From Eledone cirrhosa (taxonomy: Eukaryota), in the NCBI GenBank assembly GCA_964016885.1, contig OZ024743.1, forward strand, positions 57,970,001 to 58,034,000: a stretch of DNA of 64,000 bases. Reading direction: 5' to 3'. The translations under genes were made by a program, and so were the position numbers. Of the stretch, positions 12,616 to 25,323 are shown piece by piece (position 1 is the first letter of the stretch; every line of letters begins with the position of its first letter). Under the pieces are notes generated by a model. It had not been told where the DNA came from, made no database searches, and was given only the letters and a program-made list of their open reading frames with translations.

Positions 12616-12940
12616 ACATAAGTGTTTGAACTGTAAGTGTGTTGTAAAACACCTATTTATATGAACGATACATACACTTATGATATATGAACGATACATA
12701 CACTTTAACATATAAATGCAACGTTGTTATATTACATTTATAAAGAAATATACAAGTAACGTTTTCGATTCAGAAACAAAAACATAAGTGTTTGAACTGT
12801 GAATATGTTGTGAATAGGTGGTAGAACACCTATTTATATGAATGATACATAAACTTTAACATATAAATACAGCGTTGTTATATTATATTACATTCATAAA
12901 GGAATATACTAAGTAACGGTTCTATTTGTTCTCGATTCAA
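12616..12940. repeat. Two imperfect direct copies of a ~165-bp unit upstream of the RLE ORF
   Basis: acataagtgtttgaactgt...aacacctatttatatgaa..gatacata..actttaacatataaat occurs twice. Confidence 0.7.
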
Positions 12941-13122
12941 ACGATTCAAGAACAACGTTTAAAACACAGTTGTAGAATTAAAAACTAACTGAAAAGAAAT
13001 ATTACCCAAGCTGTGAATAACTTTAAATTTGATTCTGACAGAACTTTGTCGAAACTTTTAAAGAAGATCATCAACTATTTTGAAAAATAAATACGAAATA
13101 TTAGTGAATAGACGAACTCATC

Positions 13123-16100
13123 ATGGCAAAAAAATACAAGTCTCCTTCGACCAAATCGCAACTACAACCGTTGTATACAGTGGAGCTACGAGCTTAACAA
13201 AGTATTATATGAAGCATACAAACAATCTGAACCCCAAAAGTTCGGTTTTATGCAAAGGCTAACAACTTTATGGAACTCCAAACACCCAGAATTAGACTTT
13301 TCTCCAAAGCATTTAAATAAACAGGCAAAACGTATCATTAGATGTAAATTGATACATCTAACGGAATTGAGTGATACTACAAATACAGCCTTTGTAGACA
13401 ACCACCCCACCTCTACTGACAGACAAAGAGAATGGCCAGCTAAATCTAACAGTGAACAGCTCACCAACAATTTTGCTGAAATCCATCCCACTTCCACTGA
13501 AGAACAGCGAGAAAGGTCAGCTGAGTCTAGTAGTAATTGTCACCACATCAACAACGAGGCTGAAATTCATGACTCTACTGAACAAACAAAACACCAAAAA
13601 CTTGTGGACACCCTACAAGTGATATGGAACGATATGTTTCAAGAGATACACAGCCTTAATGTGAGTGACAGACCATACAACACTAGAGTCAGTAAAGAAC
13701 CCACTAAATTGGAATTGGAAGCGGTGAACGAAATAGCTGGCTATGCGATCTAAAGGTGTAGAAACGACATTTGAAACGCTTAATATTTTGTTATATGTTT
13801 CAGCTGTCACATTGCTATCATATAACACACATCTAAAACCACGCAATCAAGATACAAACAGAAAGCCTGAACCAGCGTGGATGCGAAATTTAAAAACCAA
13901 AATTTTGTCCCTGAGACGAAGTATCTCACACATCGCAGTCGTTATGAAATGCAACATAGAGAGCAACTTCACACTACACCAGGAAGACCTAAAGAAAAAG
14001 TTAGAGAGACGATTTGGAGATACAAAATTTAAAACTTTGAACTCCAAATTACACCAGATGAAACAACTCACAGCTACAACAGAAAGACTAAAATATAAGT
14101 CAACAGCACATAAACGACAAGTGCTAAATAGATTGTTTGCCAGAGATCCTAAATCAGTTAATCGCAGCTTCGGTGGCAAAAGCTCAATCCCTGTAAATGA
14201 CACCCCTTCAAAAGAACAGGTTGAGAGCTACTGGAGATATGTATGGGAAACGGATGACGGATTCAACAGACAATTGCCTGCCAAAACATCATGTATAAAT
14301 TATATACTGGGTGCCTTAACCTGTTCTTACAGGATCACTGTGCTACCAACAACATCATAACACCTGAGCAAGCTGGTGGAAAGAGGGAGGTGTGGGTTGC
14401 ATAGATCACCTACTAACTAACAAAATGATTCACGAAAAAACAACAAAGAATCGCAGAAACATGACTGTCGTGTGGCTGGACTATCAAAAAGCATTTGATA
14501 GTGTACCTCATGGGTGGATTATTAAAGCTTTACAGTTAGCTAAAGTCCCACAACCATTGGAAGCTGCAGTTGAACGCCTGACCAAGAACTGGTACACCAA
14601 TTTGATCCTTAGAGGTGAGGAGGAGCAGGTTAAGACTGATAAGATACATTACCAGAAGGGCATCTTTCAGGGTGATAGCTTGTCAGTGCTACTCTTCGTT
14701 CTCTCACTGAATCCACTATCTTACCTACTCAGGAAACAAGGTGGACAAAGAAGTAGGCCCAGAAGTATCTCCCATCTTTTCTTTGTTGATGACCTGAAGT
14801 TGTATGGGCCAAATATCAATGACATCAAGAAACAATTGGACCTCATTACACAATTTTCAACCGGCATCAAAATGAAATTTGGTGAGTCCAAGTGTGCATA
14901 TTTGGCAGTAAAACGTGGAAGAGCTGTGCCCTCCTCTAGAAATCTAGAGATGAACGGCCTGACAATACAACCTCTACAGTCAGGTGACAACTACAGATAT
15001 CTTGGACAGGATGAGAATGTTAGATATGATGGACCCATAAATAAGGAGAGAACCAGAACTGAATACCTCAGAAGAGTAAAGAAAATATGGTCATCAGAAT
15101 TGTCAGTGTACAACAAATACATTGCCCACAATACTTATGCTGTGCCAATTCTAACGCCAACATTTGGCCTGCTGAACTGGTCATTGCAAGAACTAAGTGA
15201 GATGGATGTTAGAACTCGAAAACTTCTCAGTGTTACTGGGAACTTTAACATCAATGGTGATGTGGATAGGCTATACTTCTCACGCAAGGAAGGTGGCCGG
15301 GGTCTAAAATCAATATTAACAACATATGAGACCCGGATAGTAACACTGAAGCAACACCTTCAACAGAGGAAAAAGGTTGGCAACCATCTTGCCCAGGTTT
15401 ATCAGCATGTAAAAAGAAATATCATTAGAATAGCGACTGATCTGGAGGAATGATATGGAATAAAGCCTGATATAAATCTCTCACCCAGAGAAATCGGAAG
15501 ATCCTATTCAATGTTCAAACAAGATAAAAAAATTGACCAATTTACAGAAAAAGTTATGCATGGATACTTGAGGCGTACAACACAGACTATAGAGGGGACA
15601 AACCACTCAAGAAGCCTGGCATGGAGTTCCAACAAGTTTATGACATCACACCTTGAGGGATATCTCTATGCAATACAGGAACAAGAACTCCCTACCAAAT
15701 ATCTGCTGCACAAAAGAGGAGGGCCAGCAGCTGACAATAAATGTAGGCTATGTAAAGCAAAGATCGAGGATGTAAGCCACATTGTTGCCAGCTGCGAAAG
15801 AATGTCATCTCGCTACTACCTCCCCATGAGACACGATGGGATAGCTAGAACCATCTGGAACGCACTTCGGAAAACAAAATTAACAACAAACGAGGAAGAA
15901 TATATTGAGACAGATGGCACTAAGGAATACTGGTGGAACCTGAAAATAAAAACTGCCACCAAATTAAAGCACAACCGGCCTGATATTGTAGTTTGGGACC
16001 ACACATTGAAAACGTGTTCTGTTGTGGAGATCAGCTGCCCACTTGATGTAAACGTTGTCAGAAAAATACAGGAGAAGGAGGACATCTACGGACCATTGAT

Positions 16101-16393
16101 GAAGAGTTTACAAATCCAGTATCCAAGATACACCTTTAGCTTCATACACATCATTATTGGTGCTACGGGTTATATACCAACCCGCTTGGACCAAAGTATG
16201 ACTGAACTTGGATTTGTGGACAAAAAGCGCAGCTCCCTAATTCATAGTCTACAAATGGCTGCGATAGCTGGCACCTTCAAAATTTGCAAAACATTCTTGC
16301 GATTCAAGGGATGACAATTTCTTTTCTTTTACAACCTTGCCACCAGGAAGGTGGCCGGTCAAAAAAATATACTCGAAATTAAGAGAAAGAGAA
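13123..16393 (+). pseudogene. R4/Dong-like RLE retrotransposon, frameshifted and internally deleted, ending in (CATA)n
   Basis: ORF pieces 13250-13753, 13743-14360, 14392-15453 (WLDYQKAFDSVPH, GIFQGDSLS, FVDDLKL) and 15511-16314 (CRLC..EDVSHIVASC, RHD, RPDIVVWD, EISCP). Confidence 0.88.
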
Positions 16394-16445
16394 AACATAC
16401 ATACATACACACATACATACATATTCGCATACATGCCTATGCATA

Positions 16446-17565
16446 TTGGAAAGGAGATCCTTGCATGATTATCAAAAACTCACACCCAGGGAAATTGCCC
16501 AGCAATACCGCAGCGAATCCACGGATGAAATACTGCATGCTTATCAGCAAAAAATCATGCATGGATATGTTGCCAGGAAGCTCCAGAGTGAGTGTAATAT
16601 AGATAAGGAAAGTAGTCTATCTTGGACCAACAACCGCTAAATTGGCTCCCACTTTGAAGAATATGCTTTTGCAATCTAAGAACAGGAAATCAACACAAAA
16701 TACCTGATTCACAAAAGAGATAGGGATGCAGGCAAAACACCTAAATGTGACAACAAATGCAGACAATGCAGAATTGACATCGAACGAAGATTTCACCCAT
16801 GTCATAAGCAGCTGTACAAATATGTCATCACGGTACTATCTACCTATGAGGCATGATGTAGTGGCCAAAACACTCTACAATGCAATCCGTAGAAAAAATA
16901 ACCCAGACAATAAACACATTAAAAGCTACAAAAGCTACAGGAATATGGAAGACATATATACATAATATGAAAGAGTACTGGTGGAATGTTCCAGTAAAAC
17001 CCCCAATAACATACCAGATATGGGACAGGGGTAAGAAGGCATGTAGAGTAGTGGAAGTTAGCTGCCCAGCAGATAGATGCCAATATGATATCAAAGAATA
17101 TCTATGCATAACTAATGAGAAAACTGCAGATACTCCACTCTGACTATACCTCCAGATTTATATCTGTGATTATTGGGGCACTGGGGTATGTTAGTAACTC
17201 CCTCAATACAAATCTTGAGAAGCTGGGCTTCACGGGAACTGAAAGAACACAACTAGTTAGGAAATTACAAGTACAATCTATTAATGCAACGGTAAAAATA
17301 TGTAAAACATTCCAAAAATGTTGCATCTAATAACTGCATATACACATGTACAGATACAAAGCATATACACATGCACACATACAACTCTAAACATACATAT
17401 CCACACATTCATTAACATCCTTACCTGCATACATATACATGCATGCAGACATGCATACATATCTACCTAGTTGATGTTGTGTAAATTCCAATGAGAGAGT
17501 CTTGTAACTATATGAGAAACCGGCTCTCTCTCTATTGGTAAATAATAAAATTATAAAACCAGAAC
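16446..17565 (+). pseudogene. Second, more degenerate 3' fragment of a related (CATA)n-ending RLE element
   Basis: QKIMHGY, SRYYLPMRHDVVA, YWWNVPVK, VEVSCPAD, IIGALGY, TVKICKTF; putative 3' UTR ending ...accagaac(atac)n. Confidence 0.75.
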
Positions 17566-17647
17566 ATACATACATACATGATGGCTGCCCCCTCGTTACC
17601 GAGTATGGCCATTGCACAATAAAAAAAAAAAATAAAAAAAAAAAAAA

Positions 17648-17707
<60 letters not shown>

Positions 17708-17799
17708 AAGAATAATAATAGCAATAATAATAATAACGACAACAACAATAATAATATACATATTCATATATATATACACACACACGCACGCACATAAGC

Positions 17800-17839
<40 letters not shown>

Positions 17840-20800
17840 GATAGCAACTAACAGTGCTGCGATCGAATGTGGCTTTTTAGCCCAGCCAATGATCCAAAAT
17901 GTCTTGCACAGAGTCGGCAACCAAAACATTTACTGGGAATAGTCGGCTGTGGTTGGAGTTCGTGTACTTTTGCATGTCGCTTGAGTCCTCCTGCTGATTT
18001 ACATTCTCTACCACATGTTTGGCAAGCATGATGAGTAGCATCTCCAACAGCAGCCTGGTAGTCAACCACTGGTCTTACTTTATGACTGCGAAGATGACTT
18101 TCGAGTCCAGCTTTGCTTAGGCAGAGTCTCGCACAGACGCTGCATGTCAGAAACATAGGAGGACCCTCGCCGTCTGGAAGTGCAACAGCAATACCCTTCC
18201 TCACGTCCCGCTTTACTTTCTCGTGTGCGATTCGAGATGCCTCAAAGGCAACTTTTCCCTCATATACAGTCTTTCTCCATTTATTACGATCAGCAGCAAT
18301 ATTTTCCCATGTATCAGCAGAGATGTTAGCGTCTTTCAGAGAGGCCTTCAAGGAATCCTTATACCTCTTTTTTGGTTTATGTGGCGGTCGTTTTCCTTTA
18401 ACCAACTCTCCATAGAAGAGTTGTTTTGGTATTCTAGAATCCTTCATCCTGGCAAGGTGACCACTCCAACGGAGTCGCTGCTTAAGCACAAGAGCTTCTA
18501 TACTGTCACACATAGAGCTTTCCAAAATCTCGACATCACTGATGTGGTCCCTCCAGCGAACGCCATGTATCCGTCTGAGACACATCTGATGGAAACGCTC
18601 CAATTGCTTAAGGTGGCGTCGATATGTGACCCAGGTCTCGCAGGCATAAAGAAGACAAGAGAGTACACATGCCCTGTACACCTTTACCTTTGTCCTCCTG
18701 CATATGTCTCGCCGACCCCAGAGTCGCCTTTCTAGCTTTCCGAAAGCATCACTTGCTTTCCTAATCCTAAGTGAGATTTCACTGTCAAGGTTGCCGTATC
18801 GATTGACAGTGCTTCCCAGGTAGACAAACTGATCAACCACTCCAAGTCGTTTGCCATACACATAGATGTTTGGTTCAGTGTACTGCCCACCAGGTGCAGG
18901 TTGGTACATGACGACGGTTTTCTTGAGACTGACAGTCAAACCCAGGGCAGTGCAAGCGTCAGAAAATACATTCAAAATGTGCTGCATATCACTCTCTGTG
19001 TGCGCTACAAGATCGCAATCATCTGCATACAAGAGGTCTCTTATGACCGATGTAAATACTTTTGTCTTCGCAGCAAAGCGCCTGATGTTAAATATGCTGC
19101 CTGAGGTTCGATATCGGATGTAAACACCATGCTCGCAATTCCTGAATGCAATACAGAAAACCATTGCAAAGTATATGGCAAACAGGGTCGGTGCTGGAAT
19201 ATCCCCCTGTTTCACTCCATTTTTTACTGAGATAGGCTCCGACATGTTACCTCCGACATTAACCCAAGCCTTCATGTCGTCATGGAAAGACCTAACTAAA
19301 GCAAGGAACTTATCAGGGCAACCAAGTTTCTGGAGAACCTTCCATAATGCATCTCTGTTGACAGTATCGAAAGCCTTTGTCAGATCGACAAAAACCTGAT
19401 ACAGATCCAAGCCCTGTTCAATGCACTTCTCCTGGAGCTGTCTAGCTGAGAAGATCATATCAGTAGTGCCGCGTCCAACACGAAAACCAGATTGACTTTC
19501 AGGAAGGACACAATCTGCAATGTGTGTCAGCAGACGGTCCAGAAGCACCCTACATAAAACTTTCCCCACGACAGAAAGCAATGATATACCTCTGTAGTTC
19601 CCACAATCATTCCTGTTACCCTTTCCCTTGTACAAGACCACCATTACTGCATCTCTCCAGTCCTCAGGCACGGATTCATTAGCCCATATCCTTCCAAACA
19701 GAGAGTGAAGATGTTGCAGGAGTCTCTCACCACCATATTGTAGGAGCTCAGCATGTATGCCATCCATACCTGGAGATCTTCCACTGTTCAGCTTCGAAAT
19801 AGCCACTGCAACCTCCACAAGTGTCGGAGGCTCTGCGAGAGCTACTTTCACAGGACTTTCCGGAATGAGATTGAGGAAATCTTCACTGACGACAGACGGC
19901 TGATTCAAAAGATCATCAAAGTGCTCCCGCCACCTTCGTAGAATTCCCTGTGAGTCACGAAGAAGTTCTTTGCCATCCCTGCTGCGAATCGGTGTCACCA
20001 GAGAAGAAGACGGTCCATAAACCTCACGCAAGAGACTGTACAACAGCTTTGTGTTATTGCAATCAGACGCAGTTTGTATCTCACCAGCCTTCTCACTCCA
20101 CCACTGATCCTTCATCTGAGAAAGACTCCGCCTAACACGTGATTTTACATCCCTGAGCTCCTCATGCAACGTATTCCTCTCCTGTGGTCTTGCCGTCAAG
20201 TAGCGTGACAGAGCGCGCCTCTTATCAGCCAACAAGTCATCTATATGCACATCTTTCTCATTAAACCAGTCCTGATGTTTTCTCTGCACCAATCCCAGAA
20301 CACGTCTGCCTACATCATAAACCGACTTTTTAAGGGTCGGCCAATCCTCACCAAGATCTGCAGCCTGCATCTCTTCTTCCAATGTCCTCTTCACATTTTT
20401 ATCCTTAAGACGAGCAGCATTCAATCTTTTGGGCAGGGTAACACCAGGAGCCCGGATTTTACGTTTGGTGATTAGATTCACTTTTGCGCGTACCAGGCGG
20501 TGGTCCGTCCAGCACTCAGCTCCACGAAGAACACGAACACACCGCACATCCTGTCTGTCACGCATCCTGACTAGGACGTAGTCCAAAAGATGCCATTCCT
20601 TAGATGCAGGATGCATCCATGTGGTCTTGAATTTGTTCTTTTGTTGGAACATGGTGTTGGTAACACACAGATCCAGCTCCTCACACATCTGCAGCAAGAG
20701 CATACCATTGCTGTTACACTTTCCCACCCCATGCCTTCCGATTACATTCCATGTGTTAAAATCCCTACCCACTCTAGCATTAAAGTCACCAAGCACGATG

Positions 20801-21437
20801 ACTTTGTCTGCCTGAGGGATATTTCTTAAAACACCTTTCAAGGCATGGTAAAAGGACAGTTTTTCTTCATCGACAGAATTCATAGTTGGAGCATACACAC
20901 TCACCAGGGTAGCATATCTTCCCTTGTCCAGCGGAACTCTCATGGACATAAGACGCTCACTAATCCCCACTGGGAATTCTTCCAATTTATTCACCAGTAC
21001 AGTCTTAACAGCAAATCCTACCCCAGCCTCTCTTCTGGTTCCTTCATCTCTTCCTTTCCAGAAGAATGTATATTCTCCACAAAATTCCGTAAGATGACCA
21101 TCTCCAGCTAACCTCGTCTCAGACAAAGCCACGATGTCAAGATCGTAACGTCGAAGCTCCTTCGCAACAAGAGCGGTCCTTCGTTCAGGACGCTCCAAAG
21201 AATCCCTGTCAAGCAGCGTCCGTACGTTCCAGCAGCCAAGACTAAATGCCCTGTTTGGCTCTATTACAATGGCACGATGACGGGCGGGCCCAGGTTGTGA
21301 TAACTTGGGGCCCCTGCCCTTATTGCCAATGATCCTTTTTGTTCCAGAACCCAAATTGGCAATTATCTCGTTTACATTGTTCTGGAACATCATTGAATTG
21401 GGAAAAAAAAAAAAAAAAAAAAAAAAAAGTAATAATA

Positions 21438-21472
<35 letters not shown>

Positions 21473-21799
21473 ACACTATTAATAATTATTAATGCACTCG
21501 TGCAATGCCTGTGCGTGACGAATATTTTTAAAGTGAGGAAAGACTGTGCACTGAACCAATCCCACTCTCTGAGCGACAGTAGCTATAACCCGAAAAGAAG
21601 AAAAGATCAACATCATCGGTAACTACTGAGCCGCAGGTTTTATATCGGAGTTAACCCAGTTTCCTGAGATGCCTTCTCCTAGAAGAATACCCTGACATGG
21701 GCTAGGGGTTCTTCACTCCCAGTGGTTTAACTGCGCGATCGGGCATCCAGCCCGATTATTTCTATGTCCCCGCGCGCAAAAAAAAAAAAAAAAAAAAAA
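17566..21799 (-). mobile_element. Full-length RTE-clade LINE with target-site duplication
   Basis: AAAATTATAAAACCAGAAC(ATAC)n at 17547-17565 and 21800-21818; (TGTA)n tail; 5' UTR 21470-21777; single uninterrupted ORF. Confidence 0.9.
17848..21393 (-). CDS. RTE polyprotein: APE endonuclease + RT + three C-terminal C2H2 zinc fingers (1181 aa)
   Basis: GCWNVRTL, ALSETR, SVYAPT, GDFNARVG, LDYVLV, TDH; YRGISLLS, DLTKAFD, GVKQG, YADD; CSVC..HLRSH, CQTC..HAKVH, CRLC..HIRSQH. Confidence 0.95.
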   Translation of the reverse strand: MMFQNNVNEIIANLGSGTKRIIGNKGRGPKLSQPGPARHRAIVIEPNRAFSLGCWNVRTLLDRDSLERPERRTALVAKELRRYDLDIVALSETRLAGDGHLTEFCGEYTFFWKGRDEGTRREAGVGFAVKTVLVNKLEEFPVGISERLMSMRVPLDKGRYATLVSVYAPTMNSVDEEKLSFYHALKGVLRNIPQADKVIVLGDFNARVGRDFNTWNVIGRHGVGKCNSNGMLLLQMCEELDLCVTNTMFQQKNKFKTTWMHPASKEWHLLDYVLVRMRDRQDVRCVRVLRGAECWTDHRLVRAKVNLITKRKIRAPGVTLPKRLNAARLKDKNVKRTLEEEMQAADLGEDWPTLKKSVYDVGRRVLGLVQRKHQDWFNEKDVHIDDLLADKRRALSRYLTARPQERNTLHEELRDVKSRVRRSLSQMKDQWWSEKAGEIQTASDCNNTKLLYSLLREVYGPSSSLVTPIRSRDGKELLRDSQGILRRWREHFDDLLNQPSVVSEDFLNLIPESPVKVALAEPPTLVEVAVAISKLNSGRSPGMDGIHAELLQYGGERLLQHLHSLFGRIWANESVPEDWRDAVMVVLYKGKGNRNDCGNYRGISLLSVVGKVLCRVLLDRLLTHIADCVLPESQSGFRVGRGTTDMIFSARQLQEKCIEQGLDLYQVFVDLTKAFDTVNRDALWKVLQKLGCPDKFLALVRSFHDDMKAWVNVGGNMSEPISVKNGVKQGDIPAPTLFAIYFAMVFCIAFRNCEHGVYIRYRTSGSIFNIRRFAAKTKVFTSVIRDLLYADDCDLVAHTESDMQHILNVFSDACTALGLTVSLKKTVVMYQPAPGGQYTEPNIYVYGKRLGVVDQFVYLGSTVNRYGNLDSEISLRIRKASDAFGKLERRLWGRRDICRRTKVKVYRACVLSCLLYACETWVTYRRHLKQLERFHQMCLRRIHGVRWRDHISDVEILESSMCDSIEALVLKQRLRWSGHLARMKDSRIPKQLFYGELVKGKRPPHKPKKRYKDSLKASLKDANISADTWENIAADRNKWRKTVYEGKVAFEASRIAHEKVKRDVRKGIAVALPDGEGPPMFLTCSVCARLCLSKAGLESHLRSHKVRPVVDYQAAVGDATHHACQTCGRECKSAGGLKRHAKVHELQPQPTIPSKCFGCRLCARHFGSLAGLKSHIRSQHC

Positions 21800-22120
21800 A
21801 AAATTATAAAACCAGAACATACATACATACATACATACATACATACATACATACATACATACATACATACCCAGCCTCCTCTATAGTTCTATTTCTTTTT
21901 ATATATTCATACTCACAGACATTATATACACACACACATACACACAAACACATGTATGTATGTGTGTATGAATGTCTGTCTGTCAGTTTGCATGAATGTA
22001 TGTATGTGTGTATGTATGTATGTATCTTTGTATGTATGTATGTATGTATGTATGTATGTATGTATGTATGTATGTATGTATGTATGTATGTATGTATGTA
22101 CGTATGCATGTATGTATGAA

Positions 22121-22459
22121 TACCCTGATGGTATCCAATGATCTTGACTTGTTCTTCTTTTTGGTAAATATCATCTTGGTTAAGAGAGTGGGACTGGCTT
22201 TGTGCAGTGCCTTTGCTCACTATAAAAGCTTCACGGCACAGGCATTGCTTTATATCTGGAGATCTCTCTGCACTTGTCGTCACATGATACCATGGGCCCA
22301 GCACTATGTGTCAATAATTGTCACAAGTGTAGTGTTTGTACCAGAGTTTTCAAGTCGCTGGCTGGACTAAAATGTCACACTTGTTCAGCGCATCGGTAGG
22401 GGTTCTCCTACATGGATATAAAATAGTGGCCGTACTCAAAAACGACTTGGCAGCCACCA
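22121..22459 (+). mobile_element. 5'-truncated copy of the 11447-11955 non-autonomous RTE element within (TGTA)n
   Basis: Near-identical reverse complement of 11447-11785. Confidence 0.85.
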
Positions 22460-22957
22460 TGTATGTATGTATGTATGTATGTATGTATGTATGTATGTAT
22501 GTATGTATGTATGTATGTATGTATGTATGTATGTATGTATAAATGTATGTATAATCAAGCTGAAAATTGGAAGTCACTCCCACTTTTCTACTTTGAAAGA
22601 TACATTTCCTCACTCTACTCACCAGTTAAGTGCACGCTTTAACCACACAGCCATGAATGAGCTTATACAAATATGAGATTCTTAAAATCAAGACATTTGC
22701 TGAATAATAATTGTGGAAATGTCACGACGAGGTAAAAACACCTTTTTCTACAGTTTAAATAAAAATTATAATTTTTAATCAATTTTAGCGTTTCAGATAG
22801 TTTAACTACCAAGTTAACAAAGACGTACTTAATTCACGTACCTAAAACTCTCTACATAGACATTAATACACTAACAGACATACATACACACAGGCCCACA
22901 TATATACACTTATGTATACATATATGCAAACACACACACATATATATATATATATGA

Positions 22958-23140
22958 TTGTTTTTACTTTTGGCACAAGGCCAGCAATTACCCCAGTGCT
23001 TTACTGGTACTTTATCTTATCGACACCATAACGATGAAAGGCAAAGTTAACCTCGGCAGAATTTGACCTCATAGCGCAAAGGGCCATAACTCTGTTCTGC
23101 AAAGCAGGATGTCTGACGCTCTACCGATACTGCCAATCCA
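22958..23140 (-). mobile_element. Nin-domain tRNA SINE
   Basis: Same family as 5779-5965. Confidence 0.8.
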
Positions 23141-23461
23141 ATATATAATAAGTATGGACGAGGTGTCAAATTTTCATTAAGTTTATTCGGGTGTGACGCG
23201 CGTTTCGCGAATAATCAGCTCAAGTTTCGATCTCTATCGATCGGGCCCAACTCCGGAATCAAAAGCTCATTATGCATCTTGACTTGTGCGTACCCTATAT
23301 GGAATACATATACAAGACAAAGACAATAGAAAAAACAACGGAAGGACAGTCAATCCCATCTCCTCTGTCAACCTCTGGAAATCACCCGGTGTTTTGCATA
23401 GTTACGGCTTTCTAAATGTTTATCCATAAACATACCATATTTCTTTAGAAATATGAAATTT

Positions 23462-23513
<52 letters not shown>

Positions 23514-23569
23514 TCATCATCATCATCATCATCATTTTACGTCCGCTTTTCCCTGCTTGCAAGGGTGGG

Positions 23570-23639
<70 letters not shown>

Positions 23640-23707
23640 CAAGGTTTAGCAAATAAGAAAAAGTTTCAAAATAAATTTAAAAAAATTAACTTTACTCACT
23701 TTGGTTA

Positions 23708-23791
23708 CCTTTACCGAATTGGTTTCGAGTCTCAAAAATAAGCGGACAGTCCATACGGCATCCGTTGCAAAGATAAACTCTCGTCAGAAGG
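23708..23791 (-). ncRNA. Type I hammerhead ribozyme (Penelope pLTR-type)
   Basis: Minus strand cctt-CTGACGA-gagt..(long loop)..actc-GAA-acc aattc ggt-A-aagg: intact core, stems I-III, GUA cleavage site. Confidence 0.75.
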
Positions 23792-23984
23792 ATCTTTTCA
23801 CTCGGAGAATATAAAATTCCCGAGTTCAAATTACGAACTGGCGCTATTCAAAATTGTTCCCGAGATGAGAATAAATGATGTGGGAGCAATTCTTTCAAGT
23901 GGTGGTTGCCAATACATGTTTCCCTAAGCGCTTTGTGCGTGTAGGGATATATATACTTTATTATATATATATATATTGCTATTG

Positions 23985-24432
<448 letters not shown>

Positions 24433-24476
24433 AAATTTTAATACATATCTGTATACAGCTATGCATGAAGCTAAAT

Positions 24477-24541
<65 letters not shown>

Positions 24542-24684
24542 GGTTATGCACTCGTGCATTAATGTTTTCCAGGACACAGTGTTATGTACCGTGTAGTGGA
24601 ATGTCAGCTTACAACAGAGTGGTGCTCAACGAAATGCAGAAAAAAGGTGTATATTCCAGTTTAGCTATATTCCGGGGCGTGTAT

Positions 24685-24860
24685 AGAGAATTAAAAAGAA
24701 CAGAAAGATGCAGTAAAAGAGATTTATTCGGTTCTTACGTACGTTTCAATAGACATCTATTTTGATGTAGCGAGATCTAGGCAAATAGATGTCTATTGAA
24801 ACGTACGTAAGAACCGAATAAATCTCTTTTACTGCATCTTTCTGTTCTTTTTAATTCTCT
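24685..24860. repeat. Perfect hairpin, 78-bp arms, 20-nt spacer
   Basis: Arms 24685-24762 and 24783-24860 are reverse complements. Confidence 0.95.
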
Positions 24861-24881
24861 CTCTCTCTATATATATATATA

Positions 24882-24982
24882 TATGTTCTGTTATTATTTC
24901 TGACAATATTATAACAATATGACCCTCCACAAATATAGCAAAATTTGTTTCAACACACGATTTCATATAAAAAACCTTACAA

Positions 24983-25042
<60 letters not shown>

Positions 25043-25143
25043 TTGTAAGGTTTTTGATATGAAATCGTGTGTTGAAACAAATTTTGCTATATTTGTGGAG
25101 GGTCATATTGTTATAATATTGTCAGAAATAATAACAGAACATA
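24882..25143. repeat. Palindrome with ~105-bp arms centred on (TA)n
   Basis: Arms are reverse complements apart from about one mismatch; mirrored ORFs 24829-25080 and 24945-25259. Confidence 0.95.
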
Positions 25144-25259
25144 CTCACTATTTGGTTTGGATTCGTTTTCGCTTTTGTATCTTTTATATCTCTATAGTTA
25201 ATTTATCTGGCAATCAATGTTTATCATTGATTGACCAACGGTTAAAAATACAGATTTAA

Positions 25260-25320
<61 letters not shown>

Positions 25321-25323
<3 letters not shown>

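Noticed and set aside
17848-18150. Host C2H2 zinc-finger gene
   Set aside because: The fingers are in frame with the RTE APE-RT ORF and lie inside the TSD-bounded element.
23190-23225. Hammerhead-like ctgatta..gaaacgcgcgtc on the minus strand
   Set aside because: Core G8 is mutated and stem I does not pair; at most a dead remnant.
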